From NCBI RefSeq assembly GCF_009914755.1, contig NC_060925.1: a DNA stretch of 64,000 nt, one strand, 5' to 3'. A program made the position numbers and the translations under genes. Below the pieces are notes generated by a model that saw nothing but the letters and a program-made list of their open reading frames with translations, did no database searches and was not told the DNA's origin. Positions 35,947 to 49,545 of the stretch are shown here, piece after piece. Each line of letters begins with the position of its first letter. The stretch's first letter is position 1. The DNA is from the human T2T-CHM13v2.0 reference genome, Homo sapiens.

Positions 35947-36368
35947 TGAGGAAGAGTACTGGAGTGGAAGTCAGGAAACTTGGACCCCAGTCCCCTTTTC
36001 ACCTCTGACTTGCTGTGTGACCTTGGATGTGCCGTTCACTCTCTGGTCCTGATTTCCCCCCTCCTTCCCTTCCTTTCTTCCCCCTCCTTTCTTCTTTCAA
36101 TTGCATTGACTGAAGGTTTTTTCCCCCCACTTGTTCTATTTTTTCCCTATTAATTTGGAAGTGATAATACATGCTATTTCTATTCTCTTGTAATTACCCT
36201 AGAAAATTTAACATGCATATTTAGGTTATAATTGACATCTATGATTTCTGTCTTTACTCTCCTCCCACACAATTCCAGGACCTTAAAATGCTTTCTTTCT
36301 GGTCACGTCCCTTCCAACTCTTGCCACCATTGCCCTGTATTTTTCTTCTCACTTGTCGTTTGCTTTAA

Positions 36369-36698
<330 letters not shown>

Positions 36699-36769
36699 TA
36701 AACATTTTATATAGTCCATATTTGTTTAAGTTTACCTACGTTTAACACTGTTCTTACCTACATTTACCC

Positions 36770-37071
36770 TTTTTTTTTTTTTTTTTTTTTTGAGACAGAG
36801 TCTCGCTTTATCACCCAGGCTGGAGTACAGTGGTGCAGTCATGGCTTACTGCAGCCTTGATCTATTGGGCTCAAGTGATCCTCCCACCTCAGCCTTCTGA
36901 GTAGCTAGGACTACAGGCGCACACCACTACGACAAAGTTTTTGTAATTTTGGAGAGACAGGGTCTTCCTAGGTTGCCCAGGCTGGTCTCAAACTCCTGGG
37001 CTCAAGCAATCCTCCCGCCTTGGCCTCCCAAAGTGCTGGGATTACAACAGGCGTAAGCCACCACACCCGGA
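36770..37071 (-). mobile_element. Alu (AluJ)
   Basis: J-type reverse dimer. Confidence 0.92.
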
Positions 37072-37666
37072 CTACCTACCATTTTTTTTGTTCACTATTC
37101 TTTCTTGCATCTTCCTTTTTCCTGAAGTTTATTCTTTAAAAGTTCCTTTAGGGAGGGTCTTGGTTGTAAACTCTGACAGTTTTTGTTTGTCTAATAATAT
37201 CTTTATTTTGCTCTCATGCTTGAAAAAATTTCAGAAGAGATAGAATTCCCAGGTGACAGTTATTTTCTCTCTACTGTCTCCTGGCTCCCAGAGTTTCTCT
37301 GAGAACTCTGCTATCCGTCTATTTGATGTTCCTTTTTAGGTAATCTCTCTTTTATCTTTGGCTGCTTTGAAGGTTTTCTCTTTGTCTATGATGTTCCATG
37401 GTTTTGCTATGGTGTTTTTAGGTGGAGATCTCTTTTAATTTATCCTGCTTGAGATTCATTGAGCTTTCTGAAGTTTAGAGTAATAGTTCTGGAAAATTCT
37501 CAGCTATCTTCTCTTTGAATTTGACTCTCCACTGTTACCTCTGATATCTCCTTCTGGAACTCTGATTAGACACATACTCGATCTTCTCATTTCATCCCCA
37601 CCTCTCTTAATCTCTCTTTTATATCTTCCATTTGTTTGTCTCCCTCTGCTACCTTCTGAGAAATGT

Positions 37667-37981
37667 ATTTATTTTTTATTTTTTGAGACAGAGTTTTGCT
37701 CTGTTGCCCAGGCTGAAGTGCAGTGGCATGATCTCGGCTCACTGCAACCTCCGTCTCTTGGGTTCAAGTGATTCTTCTGCCTCAGCCTCCTGAGTAGCTA
37801 GGACTACAGGCGTGTGCCACCACGCACAGCTACTTTTTTCGTAATTTTCATAGAGACAGGGGCCTGGGGAGTGTGGTTTTGCCATGTGGCCAGGCTGGTT
37901 TTGAACTCCTGGCCTCAAGTGATCCACCCACCTCGACCTCCCACAGGGCTGGAATTACAGGCGTGAGCCACTGTGCCAGGC
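37667..37981 (-). mobile_element. Alu (AluS) with a small internal insertion
   Basis: TSD agaaatgtattt; extra ggcctggggagtgt near 37860. Confidence 0.93.
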
Positions 37982-38647
37982 AAGAAATGTATTTTTATGT
38001 CTTTTCCAGTTCACTAATTCTCTCCTCAGCTGTCTCATCTTCTGTTTCATTCATGAAGTTTCTACTTTCAATTATTAAACTTCTCATCTCTAGATATTTT
38101 ATTGGACTCTTTTTCAAATCAATCTGGTAATTTTTCATAATCTCATTTTCCTTTGTCATACTTTTGCTATCCACTTTTACGTTTTAAAATCCTTGCATGT
38201 TTATTTTATATGCAATGTCTGATAATTCAACATTTGCCACCTGTGCATGTCTGGTTTGCAGTTGCTGTTTTTGGTGGCCCCTGCTCACAGTAGCTTGTTT
38301 CCTGTGTGTTTTGACTTTTTCTCTACTGTGCACTTTCTTGGAACTTGTTTTCTACAGGAATTCGTGGAGGCCTGGCCTTAGGGCTGTTTCTTCAGAGAAG
38401 ATTGGTGTATATTTCTGCCAGGTGCTGCTGTTAACGGTGGGCTGATTTTCTGCTTGTGGTTTTTTAGGCCGCATAAGTAGAATGAATTCTGGCCCCACGC
38501 CCACATAAGGGCAAGCTGGTGGTTAAGATTCTCAGGAAGGAAGACTTTTTCTTTTTTTTTTTCTGGTTTTTATTTTTCCCTTCCCACCAGAGCCAAGGCA
38601 GGCTTTTCTAGTTCATGTTCGGAAGACCTTGCTTTATGTGTGGTTGG

Positions 38648-39007
38648 TGATATGGTTTGGCTCTGTGTCCCCACCCAAATCTTATCCTGTAGCTCCCATA
38701 ATCCCCACAAGTTGTGGGAGGGAGCCAGCGGGAGATGATTGAATCAGGGGGCGTGTCTTTCCCGTGCTGTTCTGGTGATAGTGAATGGGTCTCACGAGAT
38801 CTGACGGTTTTTAAAAACGGGAGTTTCCCTGCACAAGCTCTCCTTTTGCCTGCTGCCATCCACGAAAAATGTGACTTGCTCCTCCTTCCGCCATGATTGT
38901 AAGGCCTCCCAGCCATGTGGAACTGTAAGTCTGATAAACCTCTTTCTTTTGTAAATTGCCCAGTCTCAGGCATGTCTTTGTCAGCAGCATGAAAACGGAC
39001 TAATACA
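38648..39007 (+). mobile_element. THE1 (THE1C-like) MaLR solo LTR
   Basis: tgatatggtttggc...gactaataca with perfect 5-bp TSD gttgg. Confidence 0.95.
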
Positions 39008-39299
39008 GTTGGCAAATTTCATCTCCCACCTTGCCCAGACCGGCTTTGTTTCTTGCTGTTATAACACAGAGCATCAAAGGCCAGGCTTTCGGCTGACCAG
39101 ATGCCCCCGTGGAAGTGCTGGCTTCAGTGCCAGCTCACTCACTTCTCTGGAGTTGCATTCTTGCAACTTTGAAGGTTTTCTTTACTTTCCCACAAACCTA
39201 TCCATGCATTAAAAAGCATTTTAAATGCTTCATCCAGCAATTTCAGAGGTCCTGTATTGGGAAAGTATCTCCAGAACTTAGCCATAGGGCCCAGTTTTA

Positions 39300-39430
39300 T
39301 TTATCCTTCATTCATTCACTTACTCATGTCACAAACACTTCCTTGAGTACCTACTAGGGGCCAAGTCCTGGGTTAGCCAAAGAGGATGTAGAGATCCATT
39401 AAGACACGGTCCCCCTTGGGGAGCTCAGCA
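39300..39430 (-). mobile_element. L2 3' end fragment
   Basis: ttcattcattcact...ttgagtacctactagggg. Confidence 0.65.
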
Positions 39431-40399
39431 CGAAGGCCCTTAAAATGTGACTCGATGGTGTTGGCAGAAATAATTCAAATTATAGGCACACCTCGTTTTA
39501 TTGCACTTAGCTTTCTTGGGTTTTGCGGATATTGCCTTTTATTTTTATTTTTTTTTTTTTAACAAATTGAGGGCTTCTGGCAACCCTGCATTGAGCAAGT
39601 CTATTGGCGCCATTTTTTCCAACAGCATGAGCTCAGTTCACGTCTCTCCATAATCTTCACAATCTTTGAAACTTTTTCATTATTATTATCTCTGTTATGG
39701 TGATCTGCGATCTTTGACATTACTATTGTAATTGTTTTGGGGTGCCACAAACTGTGCCCATAGAAGATGGCAAACTTAATAAATGTTGTGTGTGTTCCCA
39801 GTGCCCCCTTCTCTCTCTCTTCAGGCCTCCTGATTCTCAGAGACACAATAATATTGCAATTAGGCCAATTAATAGTCCTACAGTGGCCTCTAAGTATTCA
39901 AGTGAAAGGAAGAGTCACACGTCTCCCACTTTACATCAAAAGCTAGAAATGATTAAGCTTAGTGAGGAAGGCATATTGAAAGCCAAGAGAGGCCAAAAGT
40001 TAGACCTCTTGCCCCAAACAGTCAGCCAGGATGTGAGTGCAAAGGAAAAGTTCTTGAAAAAAATTAAAAGTAATACTCTAGTGAACACACAAATCATAAG
40101 AAAGCAAAACAGCCTTATTGCTGATACAGAGAAAGTGCTCATGGTCTGGATAGAAGATCAAACCAGCCACAGCCTTCCCTTAAGCCAAAGCCTAATCCAG
40201 AGCCGGGACATAACTCCCTTCAATTCTATGAAGGCTGAGAGAGGTGAGGAAGCTGCAGAAGAAAAGTTGGAAGCTATCAGAGGTTGGTTCATGAGGTTTA
40301 AGGAAAGAAGACCTCTCCATAACAAAAGTGCAAGGCGAAGCAGCGAGTGCTGATGGGGAAGCTGCAGCAAGTTATGCAGGAGATCCAGCTAAGATTCTT

Positions 40400-41028
40400 T
40401 TTTTTTTTCACGGCAAAGATGCCATAGCATTTTATTACCATTACAAAAGTCAACCAATGATATTTTCATTGAAATATCTGCACTGAATGATGATTCCACA
40501 TATGAGGCAAAGAGGGATGTCTTTGGAGACGGCACTTTAGTAGGACATTAGCAAATCATACCGGTTGGCTAAAACAAAAAATGAGTTATTTATACCTGGC
40601 CGGAGGCCTGTTAGGGCTGTTCCTTCTCACTGTGGCCTGATTAAAAACCGGTGGCATTAAGAAAGTGTCCGCATTTCCCACAGTCTGTGGGTGCCCCAGT
40701 GGGGTGGTGCTGCTCTCAAAAGCTCTGTGTCCCTAAACACATGCTTTCTCACGCGATCAGTTTCCCCAAGTGCTAATTCCAAAAATAGACTCAGAGCTGG
40801 CAGAAATTGTTCAGGAAGCTTCTTGAAAGCCCTCTCCATTTCTCAGTCTGACTTTCAGCTGTCCCAGCTACTGTAAGCAGCTTCAGCTTCCCAAGATCAC
40901 TAGCAACTTCTGCTTATGCTGATATCCTTGGTTTTACATGGCACTGGTTGTGACTGGCTGTTAGACTAGTCGCCCACCAATTAAGTGCACCTCTATTTCA
41001 CACCCTTTTCTTGAATCTGGGCTGGGCT
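40400..41028 (-). pseudogene. Retrocopy of an unidentified polyadenylated transcript 3' end
   Basis: Poly-T at 40398-40408, reverse AATAAA at 40431-40436, 16-bp TSD tccagctaagattctt / tccagttaagatcctt. Confidence 0.85.
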
Positions 41029-41281
41029 TCCAGTTAAGATCCTTGATGACTCTAAACTTGATGATCCTTGGCTACACTAAACAACAGATTTTCAGTGCAG
41101 ATGAAACAGCCTTCTATTGGAAGAAAGATGGCATCTAGGAATTTTTCCTAGCTAGAGAGGAGGTCAATGCCTGGCTTCAAGGCTGGCTCTATTTTTAGGG
41201 GCCAATGCAGCTGATGGCTTTAATAGAAGCCAATGTTTATTTACCATTCTGAGAATCCTAGAGCTCTTAAGAATTATGCTA

Positions 41282-41587
<306 letters not shown>

Positions 41588-42854
41588 TTATGCTAAATCT
41601 ACTCTGCTTGTGCACTATAAATGGAACAACAAAGTCTGGATGGTAGCACATCTGTTTACAGCATGGTTTACTGCATATTTTAAGCCCATTTTTAAGACCT
41701 ACTGCTCAGAAAAAAAGATTCCTTTCAAAATATTACCACTGATGGACGAGGCACCTGGTCACCCAAGAGGTCTGACGGAGTTGTGCAAGGAGATTAATGT
41801 TTTCATGCCTGCGAACACAGCATCCATTCTGCAGCAAACTAGCATCAAGGAGGAATTTTCACTTTCAAGTCTTATCATTTAAGAAATGCACTTTGTAACA
41901 CTAAAGCTGCCATAGATTGTGATTCCTCTGATGGATCTGGGCAAAGTAAATTGAAAACCTTCTGGAAAGGATTCACCATGCTCCTTTCTATCAAGAACAT
42001 TTGTGATTAATGGGAGGAGGTAAAAAATCCACATTAACAGGAGTTTGGAAGAAGTTGATTCCAACCCTCATGGATGACTTTGAGGGGTTCAAGACTTCAG
42101 TGGAGGAAAGAACTGCCGATGTGGTGGAAATAGCAAGGGAACTAGAATTAGAAGCAGAGCCTGAAGATGTGACTGAATTGCTGCAATCTTATGATCAAAC
42201 TTGAACAGATGAGGAGTTGCTTCTTATGGCTGAGCAAAGAAAGTATTTTCTTGAGACTGAATCTACTCCTGGTGAAGATGCTGCGAACATTGAACTGTGA
42301 ACTGTGAACATTGCTGAAATGACAACAAAGGATTTAGAATATTACATAAACTTAGTTAATAAAGCAGCAGCAGTGTTTTCAATGTTGAAAGAAGTTCTAT
42401 GGGAAAAATGCTATCATCAAACAGTATCACATGTTACAGAGAAAATCTTTCATGAAAAGAAGAGTCAATCAATGTGCAAACTTCATTGTTGTCTTATTTT
42501 AAGGAATTGCCACAGACATCCCAACCTTCAGCAACCGCCACCCTGATTGGTCAACAGCTGTCAACATCCAGGCAAGACCCTTCACCAGCAAAAAGATGAT
42601 GACTCAGTGAAGGCTCAGATGATTGGTAGCACTTTTTAGCAATAAAATATTTTAAAGTTAAAGTCTGTACATTGTTTTTTTGGACATAATTCTGTTGCAC
42701 ACTTAAGAGACTACAGTATAGTGTAAATGTAACTTGTACATGCACTGGGAAACCAAGAAATTTATATGACTTGCTTTATTGCAATACTTGCTTGGTTGCA
42801 GTCGTCTGGAACTGAACCCACAATATCTCCAAGGTGTGTCTGTACACAAACACA

Positions 42855-43100
42855 ACAACTGCTGCCATTTACTGAGGTTCTCTGCTGTGCCAGGCACTGT
42901 GCCCAGTACTCTGCATGTATCATCTTATTGACTGCTCTCGCCAACCCCATGAAGGGGCAGTAGTATTAACCCACAATGAAGAAACTGAGGCATGGAGAAG
43001 TTAATAACCTACCCTAGGATGCATAGTTGCAAGATGGCAGAACCATAATTGGAAAGTAGGCCATCTGGCTTAGGACTGGGATCTTGGCCTCTTTGCTAAG
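42855..43100 (-). mobile_element. MIR
   Basis: catttactgagg...tgtgccaggcactgtg...gaagaaactgaggcatggagaagtt. Confidence 0.85.
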
Positions 43101-43849
43101 GGATTGCCCCCCCACCCCCACCATCCTTTCCACCCTCCTGCCTTGAATACAACTCCCCCCAGCCCTGCCCGATCTTTAACTCCCCCTCAACCACCTGGCC
43201 CATCAGTGACCTCCTAGCCCTGCCATGAAATCTGGGCCAGCCCCATGCTGGGGCATGGCTCCCAGCCTGTCCTTAGAAAGACATACTCCCTGCCAAAAGC
43301 AGCTCAATGAAGAGGACATGGTGAGGGCAGCCCCATTAATATTCCTTCCTTCTGTCATTTTGGCAGGAAACAGTGAGATCCTGGAGAGGCGGGGAAGGGG
43401 GAGGGGGCAGTGAGTGTGGGGCTGTATACCTGACAAGAGGAGACGTCTTATGGCATCATTCATGAGGGTGGGTTTAATCCTGGCAGAGGGATCAGGATGG
43501 GTGGAGGGATGGGAGGCATCTTCAGAAGGGAACCCCAAAGGATGGGGAGGGATGGCCTGGAATAGATAAAGGGTGAGGAGCCTGGGTGCCCCCTACCCAG
43601 GAAGGCAGAAGCAAGGCCACCTCCCTACGATAGTCTTTACAACCAGCCCGACCAGTCATGTGTCATGTAAGTGCACACGCACACATACACGCACACACAC
43701 ATGCACACTGCTGTGCACTCCCTGAGGAGGGTCCAGTGCGGTCTGAGCCATGTCTTTGTCCCCAGCACACTTAGCTCAGAGCCTGGCCCTCAATCATGAA
43801 TATGTGCTGAACAGATCCTGGTTTATGTATTTTAAAATTTTTTAAATTA

Positions 43850-44192
43850 TAGTCATGCTTTGCTAATGACAGCGTCAGAGGCTGATAAATGCATCATTAG
43901 GTGATTTCGTCCTTGTGTGAACGTCATAGCGTGTATTTACACACACCTAGATGGCGTAGCCTATTCCACACCTAGGCTCTATGGTAGAGCCCGTTGCTCC
44001 TAGGCTGCAAACCTGCACAGTGTGTGTGTCCCAAATGCTCTCGGCAGCTGCTAACACCGTAGTATTCGTGTATCACAACATATGTGAACATAAGAAAGGC
44101 ACAGTAAATATATTGTATTATCGTCCTACGGGACCACCGTCATCTATGTGGCCGTCGTGGGCCAACACATTGGTGTGAAGCACATGGCCGAC
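43850..44192 (-). mobile_element. Tigger3a/Golem-like non-autonomous element
   Basis: tagtcatg...cacacctaggct...ttgctcctaggctgcaaacctg...gggaccaccgtc. Confidence 0.8.
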
Positions 44193-44397
44193 CACGTGTT
44201 GTATCTGAATCTAGGTCGACCCACTGTGCGATTAAACACCAAAGTAGCGTATTATGGAGAAAAAGTGAAATTCTCTCCCTCCTTTATCCCACCGCTTTCT
44301 CTGCTCCCCACCAAGGTAAACACTGTTAGCAGTTTGGCAGCCTCCTCCTTCCGCAGGGTTTCCAGAAGGCATGAATCTGTAATCTCACGAAGCGGGC

Positions 44398-44398
<1 letters not shown>

Positions 44399-44444
<46 letters not shown>
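44399..44444. repeat. (CA)~22 microsatellite
   Basis: Perfect AC run. Confidence 0.97.
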
Positions 44445-44447
<3 letters not shown>

Positions 44448-44741
44448 TTGGGACCCACCACCTTTCCTTTATTTTCCCCTCCTCCATTTCCTCCCTCCCC
44501 CAGCCCCCTCCGCCACTGCCGTGGCCCTGGTGCTGGACTCAGCAGGGATTCACAGCAGGACAGCAGAGGCTGTCCTCACCCTTCCCAGTATTCCTCCTCT
44601 GCTGAGAGGGAGGGACATGGGCATGGATAGGGGAGGGTGGCAGTAGGTGGAGGTTCCCCAGGAGGTGTCCCTAAAGGGTAGGGAGAGAAATTGGAAGACC
44701 CAAGATTGGCTGCATTTCTAGCTGAGACTCTTTCGTGATAG

Positions 44742-44928
44742 CTCTCCCTCCTCCCTCCTCCCTCTTTCCTCCTCCCTCTTTCCTCCTCCCTCTTTCCTCC
44801 TCCCTCTTTCCTCCTCCCTCCTCCCTCTTTCCTCCTCCCTCCTCCCTCTTTCCTCCTCCCTCCTCCCTCTTTCCTCCTCCCTCCTTCTCCCCCTTCTCCT
44901 CCTCCCCCTCCTCCTCCTTCTCCTCCTC
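44742..44928. repeat. Polypyrimidine minisatellite built from CCTCCTC and CCTCTTT heptamers (14- and 21-bp units)
   Basis: About 187 nt of C/T only; cctcctccctcttt and cctcctccctcctccctcttt units. Confidence 0.95.
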
Positions 44929-45468
44929 AACTGGAGCCCAGCCTTGTATCTCTTGCTCCAACGCGGAGCCTTGCATGGAGGTCTCAGCTTGCTCTGAAAG
45001 CTTGTCATGTCTGTGTTTAATGAAGTTTAATTATCTTCCAAGATTCAATGAATAATTATAAATCTTTTCAAGATGCAATCACACGGGTTCATGCTTCATT
45101 AACAGTGGAAAATCAATTGTAATTCGCGTAATTCCTTTCTTCTGGAGATCAGTCTGTTTGTACACGCGCTCCCCTCCTCACCCTGCTTTGTCTGCCCCAA
45201 GAAGTACAAAGGATGCCTGGCTTTTTCCTCCAGAATTGACGAGCCTTGTCAGGAGCAGGGAGGAGAGCGAGGCCCAGCTGGAGCAGGTGGGGGAGGGGAG
45301 GGAGAGAAAAATGGTCCCAGGGGAATAGGCCTGGGGAGGTATTTCTAGGAGGCAGAGCTGGGGGATGAGGGATTGGAGGGCAGAGGGGAGGAGTCTACAA
45401 GGCTATGAGGAGGCAGAGTGTTTCTTAACTTTTTAGGGGGGTCCCAGACCCCTTTAAAAACCTGTTGA

Positions 45469-45824
<356 letters not shown>

Positions 45825-46364
45825 TTACATCCTGAGGTCCTTTCCAGCTGCTCTGACCTCCTAGGGGTCGCAGATAACTGTGAGAATACGAGGCTGCTTC
45901 TTAGTAATGTTGGACATTCTTTTAGCTCCAAGAAATCCAGAGCCCCTGCTGGGAGCTGGGTGCCATCTGCGGCCCAGCTCCAAGAGAAACTGCCTCGCTT
46001 TTCTCCAAACCACAGACGACAGCCCTGGGCCAGGGCAGCTGTGCCCGAGCCTCGTCTTCTCTGAGATGTCTGCCGCCAACAGCGCCACTGACCGGCACAG
46101 CCTTGTTGCAGACAACACTTAGCTTTCTCTCGAAGGTGGCAAGTTGCCCGCGTCTGCACAGCAGAGGAGAGTGGGGCTCTGTAAGGGACTTCAGGGGCCA
46201 CAAAGATATGGGGAAGTCCTTATCCAATTAGCCAGACCACTGGAGGGAGTGGAGGAAAGAAAGCTGTTCTGCAGATATCTGGACTCTTCAAAGTGAATAG
46301 AGGATGAGGACCTCCGACCTCTTGCTGCGGGCGGTTTCTTCCCTGAACTTCAGTCCTCAGCCTC

Positions 46365-46596
46365 TAAGCTGCGCTGTCTAATGGAACTTTCTGTCCAGTG
46401 TAGTAGCCACCGGCCATATGTGACTATTTCAATTTAAGTTAATATCAAAGAAAATTAAAAATTCAGTTGCTCGGCTGCATTAGCCACGTTTCAAGTGCTC
46501 AAGAGCCACACGTGGCCTGTGGCTGGTGTATTGGACAACACAGACATAGAACAGAATCATCATTAAAGAAAATTCGACAGACGATGCAGGTCTAGG
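46365..46596. mobile_element. MER3/MER33-like hAT-Charlie element
   Basis: gcgctgtctaatggaactttctg...tagccacgtttcaagtgctcaa...tattggaca. Confidence 0.8.
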
Positions 46597-46655
46597 GTCT
46601 GTAGTGCATGTCTGCAATCCATCAGATCTCATGAGCTGCCCCTAGACTTCGATTA

Positions 46656-47121
46656 AGTATTAGTTTCCTATGGCTGCTATAACAAATCACCCCAAACTTA
46701 GTGGCTTAAAGCAACACAAATGTATTTCCTAATGGTTTTGAAGGTCAGAAGCCTGACATGGATTTCACTGGGCTAAAATCAAGGTGTTGGCACAGCTGCA
46801 CACCTTTCTGGAGGCTCTAGGGGAAAATCTGTTTCCTTCCCTTCTCCAGCTTCTAGAGGCCACTGGAATCCCTGGAATCATTCCTCTTTGTCCATCTTCA
46901 AAGCCGGGAAGACCATATCTATCTCCACAGAAGAAAGAAGTTCTCCTTTTTAAGAACTTGGATGATTAGACTGGATCCGCCCAGGCCATCCAGAATAATC
47001 TCCCCATCTCAGTCCTTAATTCGCTCAAATCTGCAAAAACTCTTTACATGGAAGGTCATCTAGTCACACATTCCAGGAATAAGATGTGGACATCTTTTGG
47101 GACATTATTCTGCCTACCACA
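46656..47121 (-). mobile_element. MLT1 (MLT1D-like) LTR
   Basis: gtattagtttcctatggctgctataacaaat...ggacattattctgcctaccaca. Confidence 0.88.
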
Positions 47122-47669
47122 GGTCCCAAACTTTTTTTTTTTTTCCAGTTGTGGATCCTGAGATCCAGAGAGGAGAAGAGGCTTTTCCAAGTCACACAAG
47201 GTGTAACGGGTACTGCAGTCTCCACCCAGGTTCCCTCTTCCAGGGCATGCACCCACCCCTAGCTGCTGGAATTAGAAGCTGCTGATAGCTCAAAACTGTG
47301 CCCCTCACAGAGCATTGCCTTTGGCCTATAGACCTGTCTTGATCAATGTCACACCCTACCCCACCCCTCCCTGCAGGCCCCCTGACAATGACAGATGTAA
47401 CTATACAAACGTCTGTTCCCTTGCCTCTATTTGGGACCTCTGTAGCGACCAGTCCAGGTCCAGAGCCCTTCACGGGATCAGCTCAGATCTTAGGGGCAAC
47501 GATTGAGGATCGGCTTCTCCCTCTGGCCAGTCCTGCAGTGATCTCGGATCAGTTTCCCTCTGGCAGTACTGCTGTGCTCGCTACCCTTCAGGTGTGTCTC
47601 CTGGAAGCCTCCCCAGTCACTCATCTGCAGCAGCCCAGGGGACAAAGCTCCAGCTCCTCCCCTTGGTCC

Positions 47670-48100
47670 ATAGCACCTTTTATGATCTGGCCCCTGCTGG
47701 CCCGTCAGCCGCAGCAACTCACATGCTCCCTGTGCTCCAGCCTAAACAAGTCACTTTCAATTTCCCAAATGTCCCAGACTTTCTCGGCCTCCAAGCCTTT
47801 GCCCATGCTGGTCCTGCTGTTTGAAATGCCCTTCATCTCCTGGCCAACTCCTCCTCACTCTTTAGGACTCAGCTCAAATGTCACCTCTTCCTGGAAGCCT
47901 TCCCCAACTTCCTCATCCCATCCCAGTCTCCAGGAGGATCCTCTCCGCTGAGCCTCCATGGCTCCCTGGGCCCACTGCTTTGCAGCTCTCACCAAGGTCT
48001 ACAGAGTGCTCTGAGATTGGAGCTGTGTCTTATTCCTTTCTGTATCTTAAGACACAGCATCTTGCCAAGAGTGGGGACTCACTAAGTGTTTGTTGATTGA
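47670..48100 (+). mobile_element. L2 3' fragment
   Basis: ctcagctcaaatgtcacctcttcctggaagccttccc...gtttgttgattgactg. Confidence 0.75.
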
Positions 48101-48693
48101 CTGTGAACTCAGCTGGCCCCTATTATCCCTATTTACAGAGGAAGTTGAGAAGGTAGTGAGACCTGGGACACTGAGGCCCATCCTGGGGACTCATTTCCTG
48201 AGCAAAGACATCCTGGCAGCTCCCCAGACTCCAAAAGGCCAGGAACTGCCGACAGCTGCTTGACATCTGAGCTGCAACTCCTGCCTAATGAATGATTCCT
48301 CTTCCACACATATGTTTCTGGTAATCAATTGGCTCGTCATTAGCCCACAGCAGCAGTTGTCTCAACTTCAAATGAAATGCAAATGTAATTGTTTTCTTTA
48401 GGCCTGGTGGGGTCAGGCTCCTCTTCTCAGGAGGAGGCCCGTCCCCCTCTCCCAGACTGCCAAGACTCAGGACTGCAGGGCCTGCTAGTGCCCTGGAAGG
48501 AGGCTGGACTGGAGCTCCCAGAAGTGACATAAGCCCCCTCTGCTCACCCAGTGTTTGGCTTGTTTCTCCTAACTAGCACTGCAGTCTACTTGCCACCCTC
48601 GTATGCAGTTCAGTTGCAAGTACGCTCAAGTAATGTGCCACTGATAATCATTGATGTACCAACCGTTGTGAGTAATTTGCTTAAAAAATATAC

Positions 48694-49138
<445 letters not shown>

Positions 49139-49309
49139 TCACTGCCGCAGCAGCCTGAGGGTCATTAGCAGTCAGGGCAATTGTGAGTGATCATGGGGTG
49201 TGTGCATTGCAATTTTATAGCTACACTCATTTCCTTTTACATGTTGGATTTTATTAAACTCTGGATGAGCCTGGATGGGGGAATTATTGAACTGCTTATA
49301 ATGAGGATA

Positions 49310-49545
49310 GTTAACCCCTCCAGAGCACTTTCGCCCGTTGCAGGTACCATTTTCAGAGCTCTATGTGCATGATGATTGTCTTAATCTTTTTATGAGCCCA
49401 TGAAGTAGGTTCCATTATTTTCCTCATTTTAGAGAAGAAAATTGAAGCTCAGAGAAGTCAAGAAATGTGCTCAAGGTCACTCAGCTGCTGGGTGGCAGAA
49501 TAAGGATTTGCACCTCAGTTTATCTGAGTCCAGAGCTTGCTTTTA
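49310..49545 (-). mobile_element. MIR
   Basis: cctcattttagagaagaaaattgaagctcagagaagtcaag...ctcaaggtcac. Confidence 0.85.
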
